Assembly: GCF_018977255.1 (NCBI RefSeq)
Contig: NW_024704745.1
Span: forward strand, 23,002,001 to 23,066,000
DNA length: 64,000 nt
Origin: Callorhinchus milii
Lineage: Eukaryota
Direction of reading: 5' to 3'
Shown: one piece after another, positions 37,401 to 48,742 of the stretch
Layout of the letters: every line of letters begins with the position of its first letter
How positions within the stretch are numbered: position 1 is the first letter of the stretch
Translations under genes and position numbers: made by a program
The notes under the pieces: generated by a model
Told to the model about the DNA's origin: nothing
Databases searched by the model: none
Seen by the model: only the letters and a program-made list of their open reading frames with translations

Positions 37401-37910
37401 ATCCACTACCATCCATAAAATCCAAATCATTCAAAACTCTGCTGCCCGTATTCTCACCTGCACGAAACTCCGCTCCCTGATCACCCCAGTCCTTGCCAGA
37501 GTGCCTGTCCCAGAGAGGATCGATTTCAAGATGCTCACCCTTGTATTCAAGTCCCTGCACTCCTCTGCACCCCCCTACCTCTCTGACCTCCTCTCTCCTC
37601 AAAACAGTACCCATTGCCTTCGTTCCTCCGGATCTGGCCTCCTCCTCGTCCTCCTCGTCCTCCGCTTCACCCTCGGCGACCGTGCCTTCAGCCACTATGC
37701 CCCAGGGCTCTGGAACTGCCTTCCTCACTCCCTTCATATTGCTCCCTCCCTTCCTATTTTCAGATCTCTGCTGAAGACCTTTCTTTTCGACCGCGCCTTT
37801 GGTCACCTTCCTCCCCCTCCCCCGGCTCGGTCCCGGGACCCGTTACTGTGAAGCGCTCTGAGACGCCATCCGGCGTGGAGGGCGCTATATAAATCCGAGT
37901 TGTTGTTGTT
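34487..37910 (+). mobile_element. L2 LINE family B with both ends, APE core deleted, interrupted by a nested L2-A
   Basis: TSD GTTGCAGA at 34479-34486 and 37911-37918, and a CpG-rich 5' UTR. The reading includes LGILRRAHRGSRH, the APE start QNVRSLSNK...ILGLTETW and the RT motif YADD (about 36973), and the element ends in (TTG)n. There is one N at 34526. Confidence 0.92.
35948..36638 (-). mobile_element. Young L2 family A 3' fragment nested antisense, TSD CAGTACA
   Basis: TSD at 35941-35947 and 36639-36645. It is a near-identical reverse complement of 33740-34461. Confidence 0.96.
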
Positions 37911-38249
37911 GTTGCAGACTTGTGGCAAGCTAGGCAATTTTAGTTGGTTAGACTCCAGCAGTATCCCAACGCACACTCTGGGATCCCCAAGTCTTGGCTC
38001 TTGACAACCTGCACTTATTTTCTGGAATTAGGTAAGCAGGATGTGTCTCTGCAAGGAAACAGTGCACATCCATTCCAGCAATCTACCTCAGGCATTTCCA
38101 TGTGTAGGTGGGATGTATGGAATTCTGTTTGGTTTGGATACTCTTAAGAATGGTGATGGGTTTCTGCATGTGTTAGATTCCCGGCTGACCAAAGTAGTTT
38201 GGGGGTACTTCTTAAAAGTAGGGGGCAGCCCTGATGGTGTTCTGTATAG

Positions 38250-38530
38250 GGCAGAGCAGGAACTGATTGGTTCAGATCCTCATGCATGCTGAATTTGCCA
38301 CATTCTTCTCAGGGTCAGGGAGTGCAAACCAGTTAACATAGCCCTTTACTGGCTGTGGGCATGTTTCACAACCGGGTGAGCAGAGGTCAAGCTTGGCGAT
38401 GATGCTCATTACAGTTGAGGGACCTGCAAACGCTCACTGTCAGGACTCACACATGAACGATGTCCATGGCTTAGGCCGGGTAAAAGAGGGAAACCAGCAC
38501 TGTAGAATCTTACCCCATGTGATGGTTCAC
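38250..38530 (+). mobile_element. Ancient AmnSINE2-like relic
   Basis: gggtgagcagaggtcaagcttggcgatgatgctc...cctgcaaacgctcactgtcaggactcacacatgaa. Confidence 0.5.
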
Positions 38531-38670
38531 AGCCCTTAATGTACATGCCAATTTTATTCACGCTTTCATACTAAGTGGCCTCTGCTTCTTTCCTAACCCT
38601 GTCGTTGTGAGTCCCTGTTTCAAAGATGACTCAACCAAGTCAGAGTCACACACAGACAGGTATTCCCAGT

Positions 38671-39000
38671 TAATAATAATAATAAATAATCCTTGCATTT
38701 GATATAGCGCTTTTCACGTCAGAAGGACATCCCAAAGCGCTTCACAGAACACACTGTAAAGTGAATTGACTGTATATTTGTGGGCGAACGCAGCAGCCAA
38801 TTGCGCACAGCAATGTCCCACAAACAGTCGTAGAATTGAAAATGACCAATTTTTTATTGTTTTTGGTTTTTGGAGGGATTATTATTAGGCTCTGTGTGGA
38901 GTAAGGAAACTTGCCCAAGCTTTCGCCCTCTGCCTGGAATTGAACTCAGGTCTCTCACTTGCAAAGCGAGTGCTCTAACCACTGAGCTACAGGACTCCAC
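38671..39000 (-). mobile_element. Young tRNA-Ala-derived SINE, full length
   Basis: Head GTGGAGTCCTGTAGCTCAGTGGTTAGAGC with B box GTTCAATTCC, plus L2 tail and (TTA)n. Confidence 0.93.
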
Positions 39001-39574
39001 TGATGGAGTCAGTAACCCTAATGACCGGTAATTGGAATGTCTAATCTGAGTATGCTCGCCCCAGTAGACCTCCAATGTTGTCAACTACACTCCAAAGTGC
39101 TTATTCCTTTTCTTGTTTAGAATACTACAGAGACTTGAGGATACATTTAGTAGAAACAACCGCTCTTTATGAAAACCTAGCTACCCTAGACTACCTTGCA
39201 TATAAGGAACACAACAATTTAAAGTTTACAACAATGGGAGAAAATATAACAATCACACATAACTAGAACGACTGGCAGCACAATACTATATTAGTAAATA
39301 TAAAAAACAACCCTGACTGTATAGTAGTCCTGTACACATCTGTACGTACCAGATGACGACCATTAGTTAATGACCACGAGGAGCGCCGAGCCTTGCTTTA
39401 TATAAGGCGTGTGTATTCGTCCACCGTATGATGCGAATTCGAGGGTTTTTTCCGCGCTAGTGCTCATGTGTTATGTTACTCTGAAGGCTGCTTGTCAGTG
39501 CTAGTTAGCTGACTGTCAATCAAGCAGCTCTGGATCTATACTTTGTTGCAAATCATGTAGGCTGCTTGGTAACT

Positions 39575-39640
39575 CTGCTCCAGCGCCTTGGGACATCCTC
39601 CCGCGTGAAAGGCGCTTTGCAAATGTACTTTTGTTGTTGT
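39575..39640 (+). mobile_element. L2 3' tail fragment
   Basis: cagcgccttgggacatcctcccgcgtgaaaggcgct followed by (TTG)n. Confidence 0.75.
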
Positions 39641-39729
39641 TTCAAGCAGTTTCTGCAAATGGAACCTTACAGAACCCATTTTTGTTGTTTCAAGCAGTTT
39701 CTACAACTGGAACCTTACAGAACCCATTT
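39634..39729 (+). repeat. 48-bp tandem duplication
   Basis: Two copies of ttgttgtttcaagcagtttct(g/a)caa(a/c)tggaaccttacagaacccattt with 2 mismatches. Confidence 0.9.
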
Positions 39730-39750
39730 AAGGGCCAGGCAGGGGCATTT

Positions 39751-40020
39751 GTGGAGTCCTGTAGCTCAGTGGTTAGAGCACTCGCTTTGCAAGTGAGAGA
39801 CCTGAGTTCAATTCCAGGCAGAGGGCGAAACCTTGGGCAAGTTTCCTTACTCCACACGGCTAATAATAATCCCTCCAAAAAACCCCAAACAATAATAAAA
39901 TTGGTCATTTTCAATCTACGACTGTTTGTGGGACATTACTGTGCGCAATTGGCTGCTGTGTTCGCTCACAAATATACAGTCAATTCACTTTACAGTGTGT
40001 TCTGTGAAGCGCTTTGGGAT
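39751..40020 (+). mobile_element. Young tRNA-Ala-derived SINE lacking its terminal tail
   Basis: Intact head and body, ending at aagcgctttggga partway through the stem-loop. Confidence 0.92.
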
Positions 40021-40109
40021 CCAGCATTGTTGGGCACTTTGAGATGTCCTTCCAACATGAAAGGTACTGCATAAATGTACATCGTATTGTATTGTAATAG
40101 TAATTTGCT

Positions 40110-40480
40110 GAAGCTTAAGTGTCAATCTCTCTGATTGGGTACACCCAAACTCTGGAAAAACATCCCGCATAGATGAACAGAATCTTTCTCGAATGTCTGT
40201 ACTGTCCATCCTTGGAGTTCCTTTGAAAATGGATGATTGCATGATACGGCTCCACATTGAACAGTTTACAATACTACTTTGACATTGCTGAATCACAGGA
40301 TTCTACTGCAGCCACTGTGCCAATGGTAATCCATGTATTAAACTCCAGTGCAGCAAGTCTGTAATCCAGCACAGCATGCATCTCAAAAAAGGAGCTATCT
40401 AACATCTCCAATCTCCAATCCACTGTATTATGAAAGTGAACACTGGCACTGCGCATATCCTGTTGCTGCTCCAACATTTT
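40110..40480 (-). mobile_element. Possible decayed L1/Tx1-type ORF1 fragment
   Basis: A coiled-coil-like segment LEMLDSSFFEMHAVLDYRLAALE...VAAVES is followed, after a frameshift, by SRIMQSSIFKGTPRMDSTDIRERFCSSMRDVFPE. Confidence 0.3.
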
Positions 40481-43400
40481 TGCATTGAAGATGTGCCAAC
40501 TGATTTAAGTACCCACCTGCTCCTCTACATATATATGGGGTCTATAGTGCCTGCAATCTAAAATAGATGTTTCCAATTTACTTCTTTCATTGGTCAGGCT
40601 CCATCTACTGTACCAGGTAAGTGCACACATGGTGGAAATACAGTTAGAATGCATCAGTGCAGGAGCCACAATCTCTTCAGCCGCAAGAAGAAGCTTGTGT
40701 GTCTTGTTCTATCACACAGATTCATCTAACAATCCAAAAATAGAGCGTAAGGATTTTAGTTACACTTCCTATCTGATGAACTGAAAAGTAATCAAGATTT
40801 TAAACTGGATAATACATTTACTGCATTTTTCAATGCATTTTTCATTGTAAGAATTTGTTACAGAACATTTTTATTGATATTGCAAAGGACAGGCCCAAGC
40901 CGGGCATATACTGAAAGTACAGAAACTTAGTTTACGAATTAATGGTTTATTAGTGGTGAAAGCCTTTGGGGGTATTCCAACATCCCTAGTACGGACAGGA
41001 AACACTAACAAGCCAGAGGTGTGCTGTGTTTATGGTTCAACTGTCTGCATATTTTCTTATAACTCACTTTGACTCATGGTTATCATTCCTCTTAATTACA
41101 TTTGCCTCCCTCCCACGAATTACACATGGGAGATTCGATCTTGTAGTCCACAACAACAGCAAGGAATATGAACCATGTTTGAAAGATAAATGGGAAATAT
41201 TAGATCTCATAAATCTAGTAATATTTTGACTTAATCATTAACCAGTGGGAATGTCAAACGTATTACAATTGCCAAGCTAAATAGGTGAATTTAAACCGTA
41301 ACAAACACTTTCAGATGACTACTTACAATGGATCAGTAGCACCAAATGGCAAAAGCAGTTGGGAAATTACTTCAAGGTCAAGGACAGACTGTAAAAAAGA
41401 TTCCAAATCAGCAACACTGAAGAGGTTTCAAGATTTTATCTTGGATGTGTAGTTCAACCCTCCAAAAAGATGGATGAATATAATGCAGCCAGCCAGACAC
41501 AGACATATAGAACTGCTGCATTCATGCACACATGTATTTGATCACACGTGTTCTCTTCCTTTCTAGCATTTCTGAGTTGCACGAGTCATCAAAGGTCATT
41601 ACTGCTAAGAGCCCATACTTTTCAGATGGTTACTTAATTTTATAATATTCAATACAATTTCTGTTGATGATATTTTGTCATTTTAACAAAGTGAAATATT
41701 TAGTAACGACTTGTTTATAATCTCATTTTCGAAAAGGTCATTTACTGGTTCTAATCTCTTGAAAGGTACTTGGAACACTCAGTTGAAATAATATTTATGA
41801 AGAGCTGTACTCATTTTTTAAAGAGGGACTTTTGCATATGTAAGCAATACAGAAAAGGACCCAATACAAAGGAATGATCTAATGTTCGTAGCACTGAATA
41901 TATCCTTGTTCAACATTATTGTACATATGCTTTGATACCATTCAGTGCTTTCAGTCCTTATTCATTTAGTACCATTGCTATGTAATGTTTAGGTAAATGC
42001 TTAAATATGCCACAAATTTCACTGCTTAGCAAAGGTGGATAGCAAAGCTTGTTCACAATAGCAAAGCACAGTAACGCATAATCCTTAAAACCTTTTTAGT
42101 AAATGGGAGAGGGGGAAAAAAATCTCGTATTTTCATTATTGTAAAATTTTCCTGAACAGGCACATTTTCATCACAAGGGGAGTTGTTTGAAAAGGAGGAT
42201 TTGGCGAAGGCAAAGGGTCATGGATGTTTTGTTGTGATAGTTACTGCACATTACGATTTTCTTCAGTCTAGTTGTTTGGTAAGACAGCTGACAATGATGG
42301 CTTTCTGGGAATGATGCAAGGTTACAGGGTGACCTGCCATGAATGACAGATGGTACAAAGAAGACCACACAATAGTGAAAACAAGGAGAATATGAAGGGG
42401 TGGAACACAGTATTCTGAACATCCACTTCCAGCCATGAAACAAGCCGATTATCAAGAAGAGTCACACAAGTTTAAAGAGGCACAAGTTTAGCTGGATTGA
42501 GACCAACAGATGGTGCTTTGTTGTATTATTTTATTTGTTCCCATCTGATAGTTTAATTCTGTTGTACTAAAAAAGTTTTTTTTTCAAATTTGACATTTAG
42601 TGTAATAATCTTTGTTATGGATTGATGCATATTATAAAGTAGATGAGTCAATTTGAATCATGAATAACCTTACATTATGGTTGATTTTATATTAGTATTT
42701 TAGTAAATTATTGATTCATAAAAATGACAGTGTAAGTGTACATTCATTAGAACCAGATGAGATTTATGTATCCACAATACACAAATTCTATCACATGATG
42801 TCACTTGCAGATTAAAAAGTGCATTAGTATCCAAACTGTTGTCTATTTCCAGTACCAGATACATAATTTTGAAGGCACATAGAAATTACTGTTACATTCT
42901 TATAATAATGTGCAGTATATAATCCAAAAATAAAACACTTCCGCTTCTATCAACAAAATGAAATCTTCATTTCAAGATGCAATACTTTTTTTTAACTTAC
43001 CAAAATCACTAACACCTTTTGAATATAGATATATTTTGAATGCAATGTTTGCATGTCATATATTCTGATCAAATGTTATCTAGGAAAAGTCTGTCATAAA
43101 GTTGGTTTGGAATTGATCAAACCTATGAGGAATCAGTCTGGTCATTCTGTAATTGTGCAGTGGAGCTTTTTCTGAAAAAAAAGATCAGATTTGTGTTATA
43201 AATGGAGGATTATTATGCTCCATGTGGTCCATGTAGCAAATTTGATGAATTGGTCTATGTGCTATTCCGCTGTCTATAAATTTAGCGTCCTAGAATATTT
43301 ATACATAAATGTAATGCAAGTTTCAAAATATAATTTAATAACAAATTTTAAATGTTATTTTTAAATTAAAATTTCACTATATTTTATTCATAAGTGCCCA

Positions 43401-44039
43401 AAATCAAAAAAACACTAAACTTGGTGAGCAAAGTAGAGCACTGCCTACAATAATAAGCTTGATTTTTACCATGAATTATAGTATTTTTATACTGCATGTT
43501 TTATTTGGAAGATATTATAATAATTTCATATTTTCATTAAATTGATGGACTATTCCAGTACTTTGAATTACATTTTGCCTAAATTAATCAGCATTTAATT
43601 CCTCCTCATATCATGCTTCTTCAGATGAAATAGCCATTTAATTGGAAGTAGTGTCCTGATTTACTACATTATACTTCGATTCATACTGTTTGGCACAGAG
43701 AAAGTAAATAAAGCATTATATTTTGTTCAAGATCTGAGATTCACATGCAAATTACCACATATTTTAATAAAATCAATCTAGCCTCCTTGTGATATGTAAT
43801 TAATATGCTTACTCCCTGGAGTTTAACTTTAGTAAAAGGAATCTTCATCACTTTATTTAATTAGCTATAAAAAATATTTTTGCAATAACTGTCTTATTTA
43901 TCATTGCTACAAACAGCTTTACAAAAAATACAAAATGCAGCTTGCACAAACTTCTTAAGGATTTGAAGACAATCTTATTCTCAGATACAGTATAAAGGTA
44001 TATTGAATCCTTTGAAAACTATGGCAGCATATCATCCTG

Positions 44040-44385
44040 CATTTACCAAGATGGCACCAGGAATGAGGGACTTCAGTTATGAGGAGAGACTAGAGAAGAT
44101 AGGATTATTCTCCCTGTAGCAGAGAAAGTTACGAGGAGACTTAAAATACTTTTTTTTCACTCAGCGAGTTGTTCACATTTGGAATACATTGCCTGATAGG
44201 GGATGGAAGCCAATTCAATAACAACTTTTAAGAGAGAAGTAGATAATTATTTGGGGAGGACAAGTTTGCAGGGCTATGGTGAGAGAGCGGGGGAGTGGGA
44301 TTGATTTGAATAGCTCTTTTAAAAGTGCCGGCACTGACATGATGGACCAAAAGGCCTCCTTCTTTGCTGTAAAATTCTATGATAT
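44040..44385 (+). mobile_element. CR1 LINE 3' end
   Basis: Reads TKMAPGMRDFSYEERLEKIGLFSL..RKLRGDL and FFTQRVVHIWNTLP, and ends in the CR1 octamer ATTCTATG. Confidence 0.9.
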
Positions 44386-45414
44386 TAGCTTTTTAAAAAT
44401 CAGGTCAAGCAAAATCAATTTTGTATTTTGCACTGTCAAATAATTTGGACCATTTGAGATAGCTTTGCAAAGAAAAAAAACAAAATAATAGCTTCTGCCC
44501 CTAAATGTGACCAGTAAAATATGTTCATGTACAAGCGTGTCTATTTTAACATCCATTGGGAATATGGTCTAGTGAGCTCTTCCAAGATGCTATAAGACAC
44601 TTCAAAGCTTGTTTTATTATAGTGAAAACAGTGGCATGTGTAAGATTATTAACTGATATGTGTTGAAGATTATTACTCAAAGAGAAGTATATGTGATAGG
44701 CAAAAACATGCTAAGCAATTTAAAACCATTTAGTAATTTCTTTGGGTTAGCCATTCAGTCTACTAAAATTATTTTTTTCTTGTAATAAGCTATTAGGCAA
44801 TTCATTAAGTGCACAAAACTATTTTTTGTAAAAGTTATTTATTTGTGTCCAATTCTGAATAATGACTTGGTACGATTTGGCTGTGTGTTCATCCCCTCAC
44901 ACCTGTGTCCCTTAAATCAATTCAAAGCATTCATGTCATCTTCATATCTGTGTCTCTATCCTTTCCTCCTTTTTATTTTAATTGTGCCAATTGAGGAGTC
45001 CAGTGATGAGAAATGAAATGTGTTTCACATTCCTCACATATCTCATTATTCAACACTCTCAAAATATATAGATGATGAGGAAGAAGCAAAGGAACGTTTC
45101 CTCTCCTCTGCCCAACAACATCCATAAACACAAAATTTTGAAAAGCATCTTCCATTATTTCAGTGGTAATTTTTTCATTTTGTACATTGACAGTCTTTTT
45201 TGCTCTTCAAGAATAATTTTTCTCCATTCACTGAGTCTTTCAATGCGCTCAGATTATATAGAAAATATTTGTTATATTTGTGAATGGAGCAAAGTAACCT
45301 AAGTGAGATCACCAATTTACTAATAATGTTAGTTTTGTTCCGTGCACCAGAATTCACAAAGAACTACAAACTGAGATGTAAATATAAGATAGAACATAAT
45401 CAACTAAACATGAT

Positions 45415-46395
45415 ATCAGTCTGGCTCAATTCATTGCACTCACCCTTCTGAGTCAGGTTGGAGGTGCAAGTCCCAAATCAGGACTTTGAACGCACAGGCT
45501 GACGCTATAGCAGTGTTGGGGGAACACTGCATTATCGGATGTGTCCAATAAACGCCCTACTTGTCGGCCTTCCAAACTCCTCCCTCCACAGGCTGCAGAT
45601 AATCCAGAACTCTGCAGCCCGTGTCCTCTCCTGCACCAAACTCCGTGACCCCATCTCCCCCACTCTCGCCTGACTCCACTGGCACCCTATCCTTCAGAGG
45701 ATCCAGTTCAAGATCCTGGTCCTCACATACAAAGCGCTCCATGGCCTCGCCCCACCCTACCTCTTCGACCTCCTAACCCCCTACCAACCCACCCGTTCCC
45801 TCTGCTCAGCCGGCTCCAGCCTGCTCCAAGTCCCCCGACCCACCCGCCCCACCATTGGCAGGAGAGCCTTCAGCCACTCTGCCCCCAACCTCTGGAATTC
45901 CATCTCCCAGTCACTTCACCTCACCCCCTCCTTAGACTCCTTTAAGTCCCACCTCAACACTCTTCTCTTCGACCATGCTATCGGTCCCCCCCCTTCCCCT
46001 CCCCTCCCCTCCTCCAGCAACCCCAGCTCGGGTCTGAAATGCTGTACTCTGTCCAGCGCCTTGGGATGTCCTCCTGACGTGAAAGGCGCTATACAAATGT
46101 AATCTTCTTGTTGTTGTTGTGTCAGTCTTCGGATGAGATGTTAAACCAAGGTCCATTTTGCCTGTTCAGGAGGACGTTAACCATCCCATGACACTATTTC
46201 AAAAAGCGAAGGGAGTTTCTTCCAGTGTCCTGTCCAACAATCCCCCCTGATGAAATGCATCATTCACTTACTTCATGGCTATTTATGGGACATATCTGTG
46301 TGTAAATTGGCTGCAGCATTCGCCTACAAAAATGCACAATCAATCCACTCTACAGTAAAAATCCTATGAAGCACTTTGAGTTGTAAAGATTATTG
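45415..46395 (+). mobile_element. Old DeuSINE split by an L2 insertion
   Basis: The head lies at 45415-45545 and the core resumes at 46124 (gtcttcggatgagatgttaaaccaagg). Confidence 0.85.
45546..46117 (+). mobile_element. L2 (A-related) 3' fragment nested in a DeuSINE, TSD TGTGTC
   Basis: TSD at 45540-45545 and 46118-46123. Encodes [15 protein letters not shown] and ends in the tail plus (TTG)n. Confidence 0.92.
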
Positions 46396-48655
46396 TGAAA
46401 TCAGAATGAAAATGTTTATCTGGTTAATGAAGGCAAGAATTGATGCCCTTTGTATGTTTTGGTGGTTTGGAATGGGGAGCTCACAACTAATTAAGGCACT
46501 AGGTTCTCATCTCTTTCTCTAAACATTTCTCCGTCCCCTATTCCAAAATAAAACTGCTGAATCACTTATTGAACAATTTGGCCTCTCCATGCCAACCAAG
46601 CCTGAAGGTAAATGCTTGATCCTCGCAGACTGGAGACATTAGAGGCAAATTTGCCGCTGGGTCTTGTATTCTGAAAGTGTAATCTAACAAGTACAGCTAC
46701 GACAAAATCTAGAATAGCTCTTGGTACTTTCTATTGAGGGTTCTTATATTTACTGAGTGTTCTGAATACCAAATCTCTCTAAAGCCTACATTTGGTGTGA
46801 AACTCAATTTCTGCACTCACTGATTAGCTGGACAGCACATTAGAATTGATAGTAGTGTGGGATAGATTGTGGAGCATTTCTGTAATTGCTGATTAGTGCA
46901 TTATATTATGCCTTGTGGAATATTCATTTGTAGGAGATTTCAAATTGTTTAAAGATTCTAAATGGCTTGAAATAAAATAAATGTGCATTTTCTGTTGGCT
47001 GTGGTCAGGTAAGTATCGATTATAACTATACGACAAATAATTTAAAAATAATAGTCAATAGAGGAATTAAGCCTCAACTCCTGTCAGCACCAATCTATCA
47101 CTGAAAAAGTAGTGGGTTGTGCCTATGATGTCTCAGTACCCCACATCCTTCCTCATCTCACTTGTTACTTTACTTTCTGCTTTCTCCATCTCTTTCATCT
47201 TTACTTCTCTGGTTCTCCACCCTCCCCCCTGCTCCCCCCCCCCCACTCCCCACCTCCTTCTGCCTCTATATATGTAGATGTACGACAACTTGCTTTTATA
47301 TAGCACCTTTCACGTGGGTAATGTCTCAGAGCATTTAGTACTGCATACTCAGTATTGGGCATGAATTGAACATGATAATGTTGAGGGGTTTGTGTGTGGA
47401 CATCATGTTAAGCAATTGAGATTTTGTAAAGAAGTAGCAAAATAAAATGTTGTATTTGTCTAAATAAACTATTGTTTCACAACCTCCAAGTGTGGTTGGT
47501 CGAAGAATTATGGTAAGAATAAAAGACTGAGCTGGAATTTTTTTCCAAAGTTTAAGGAACAAATTTCCAAGTCAGTCTTTCATTCTTATCATAATCCCAG
47601 ATCAAAAACTTATTGTACAGTTTTAGTCAGCCGTATGCATAACAGCCTCATTTTGACTATTTTTGGTAAAAGAGAAGGAATCATACTTGAGTCATTTTGC
47701 TTTCTCACATGTGCTGATGGAACATACTGAACCATCATCATGATTGTTGCCTTTAACTTTGTAAACCACAGACTGCCTAAAGGAAAGCATTCCGACGCTG
47801 AGAAGCAGATTTTGTTGACACCCAATTTATCAGATTTAATTTATTACAACTACTGTTGAGAGCAAGAGTTCAGATGTTAATTCTTACATTAGTATTTACG
47901 AGGCTGCTGATAGCCTGACCAGAAGTCTCTGACATCTTGCTAATTGAACATACAGTTACAGCTGACAAAGACATATAGAAGCAGATTTAAAAGCACTCAC
48001 TGGAGCTGACAGCACCTCTTAAATTGTAGAGCCTTCTAACCTTCCCAGTCAGGTCAGTTCAAGATTTGTAAGGTTCAGCTTGAGGCAAAAAAAATTGAGA
48101 GTGGAGCTTGCCAATGTGAGCAAAAAAAATTGTTAACTTAAAAAAAGCCAAATTATATTTCAGTACTATTTACCAATGTTAATCAATCAAAGTTCCCTGA
48201 ATATTTTAATCATCAAAGTATCTACTAAAATTGTGGGAGTGATTTTCGACTCTGAGGTAATTTGAATTCTGACTTGCCATAGTGTGAGAAATGTCAGTCC
48301 AGGCATTACATGATTTTGGGTGGTATTTACATCCATTCTGCAAATTTTGACATAGGTTTAACATGGAGGTAATTATTTTAAATCAGTGAAGCAAAACCAG
48401 CAATTGAGATAGTTAGTGGGTGTACAGAGGCGGTTTCAATTAACAATAGCCGTGCTACACAATCCAAATATATATGAGGTACACAATTGGAGTTATAAAT
48501 CATGTTCAGATCAGAACTCAATCTATGTCCGCAAAGGTGCTACTGCATTAAGAGGATACTGGCAATTGCTGCAGTGATTGCCCGATTGCAGAAGAATCAG
48601 ATGAAAGGAAGATGCAAGTAGACAACAGAATACAGTCCACTTTAAATAGAGTCTA

Positions 48656-48742
48656 TAGCCATTGAATGTCTAAGCTTATTAGAAAAGCAGTGCAGTATCT
48701 GTAGCCATCGAATGTCTAAGTTTATTAGAATAGAACTGCATT
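48656..48742 (+). repeat. 46-bp tandem duplication
   Basis: tagccat(t/c)gaatgtctaag(c/t)ttattagaa starts at 48656 and again at 48702. Confidence 0.85.

Noticed and set aside
39428-39484. Box C/D snoRNA (ATGATG...CTGA)
   Set aside because: Box C is imperfect (ATGATGC), there is no convincing terminal stem and I cannot recognise an rRNA guide sequence.
39751-39830. Functional tRNA-Ala(TGC) gene (also at 38920-39000 and 16570-16647)
   Set aside because: The acceptor and T stems are imperfect, and each copy is fused to the same SINE body, so these are SINE heads.
42160-42277. Possible + strand exon (ctgaacag|...ttg|gtaaga)
   Set aside because: Only one frame is open, the peptide is unrecognisable, and no partner exons were found.
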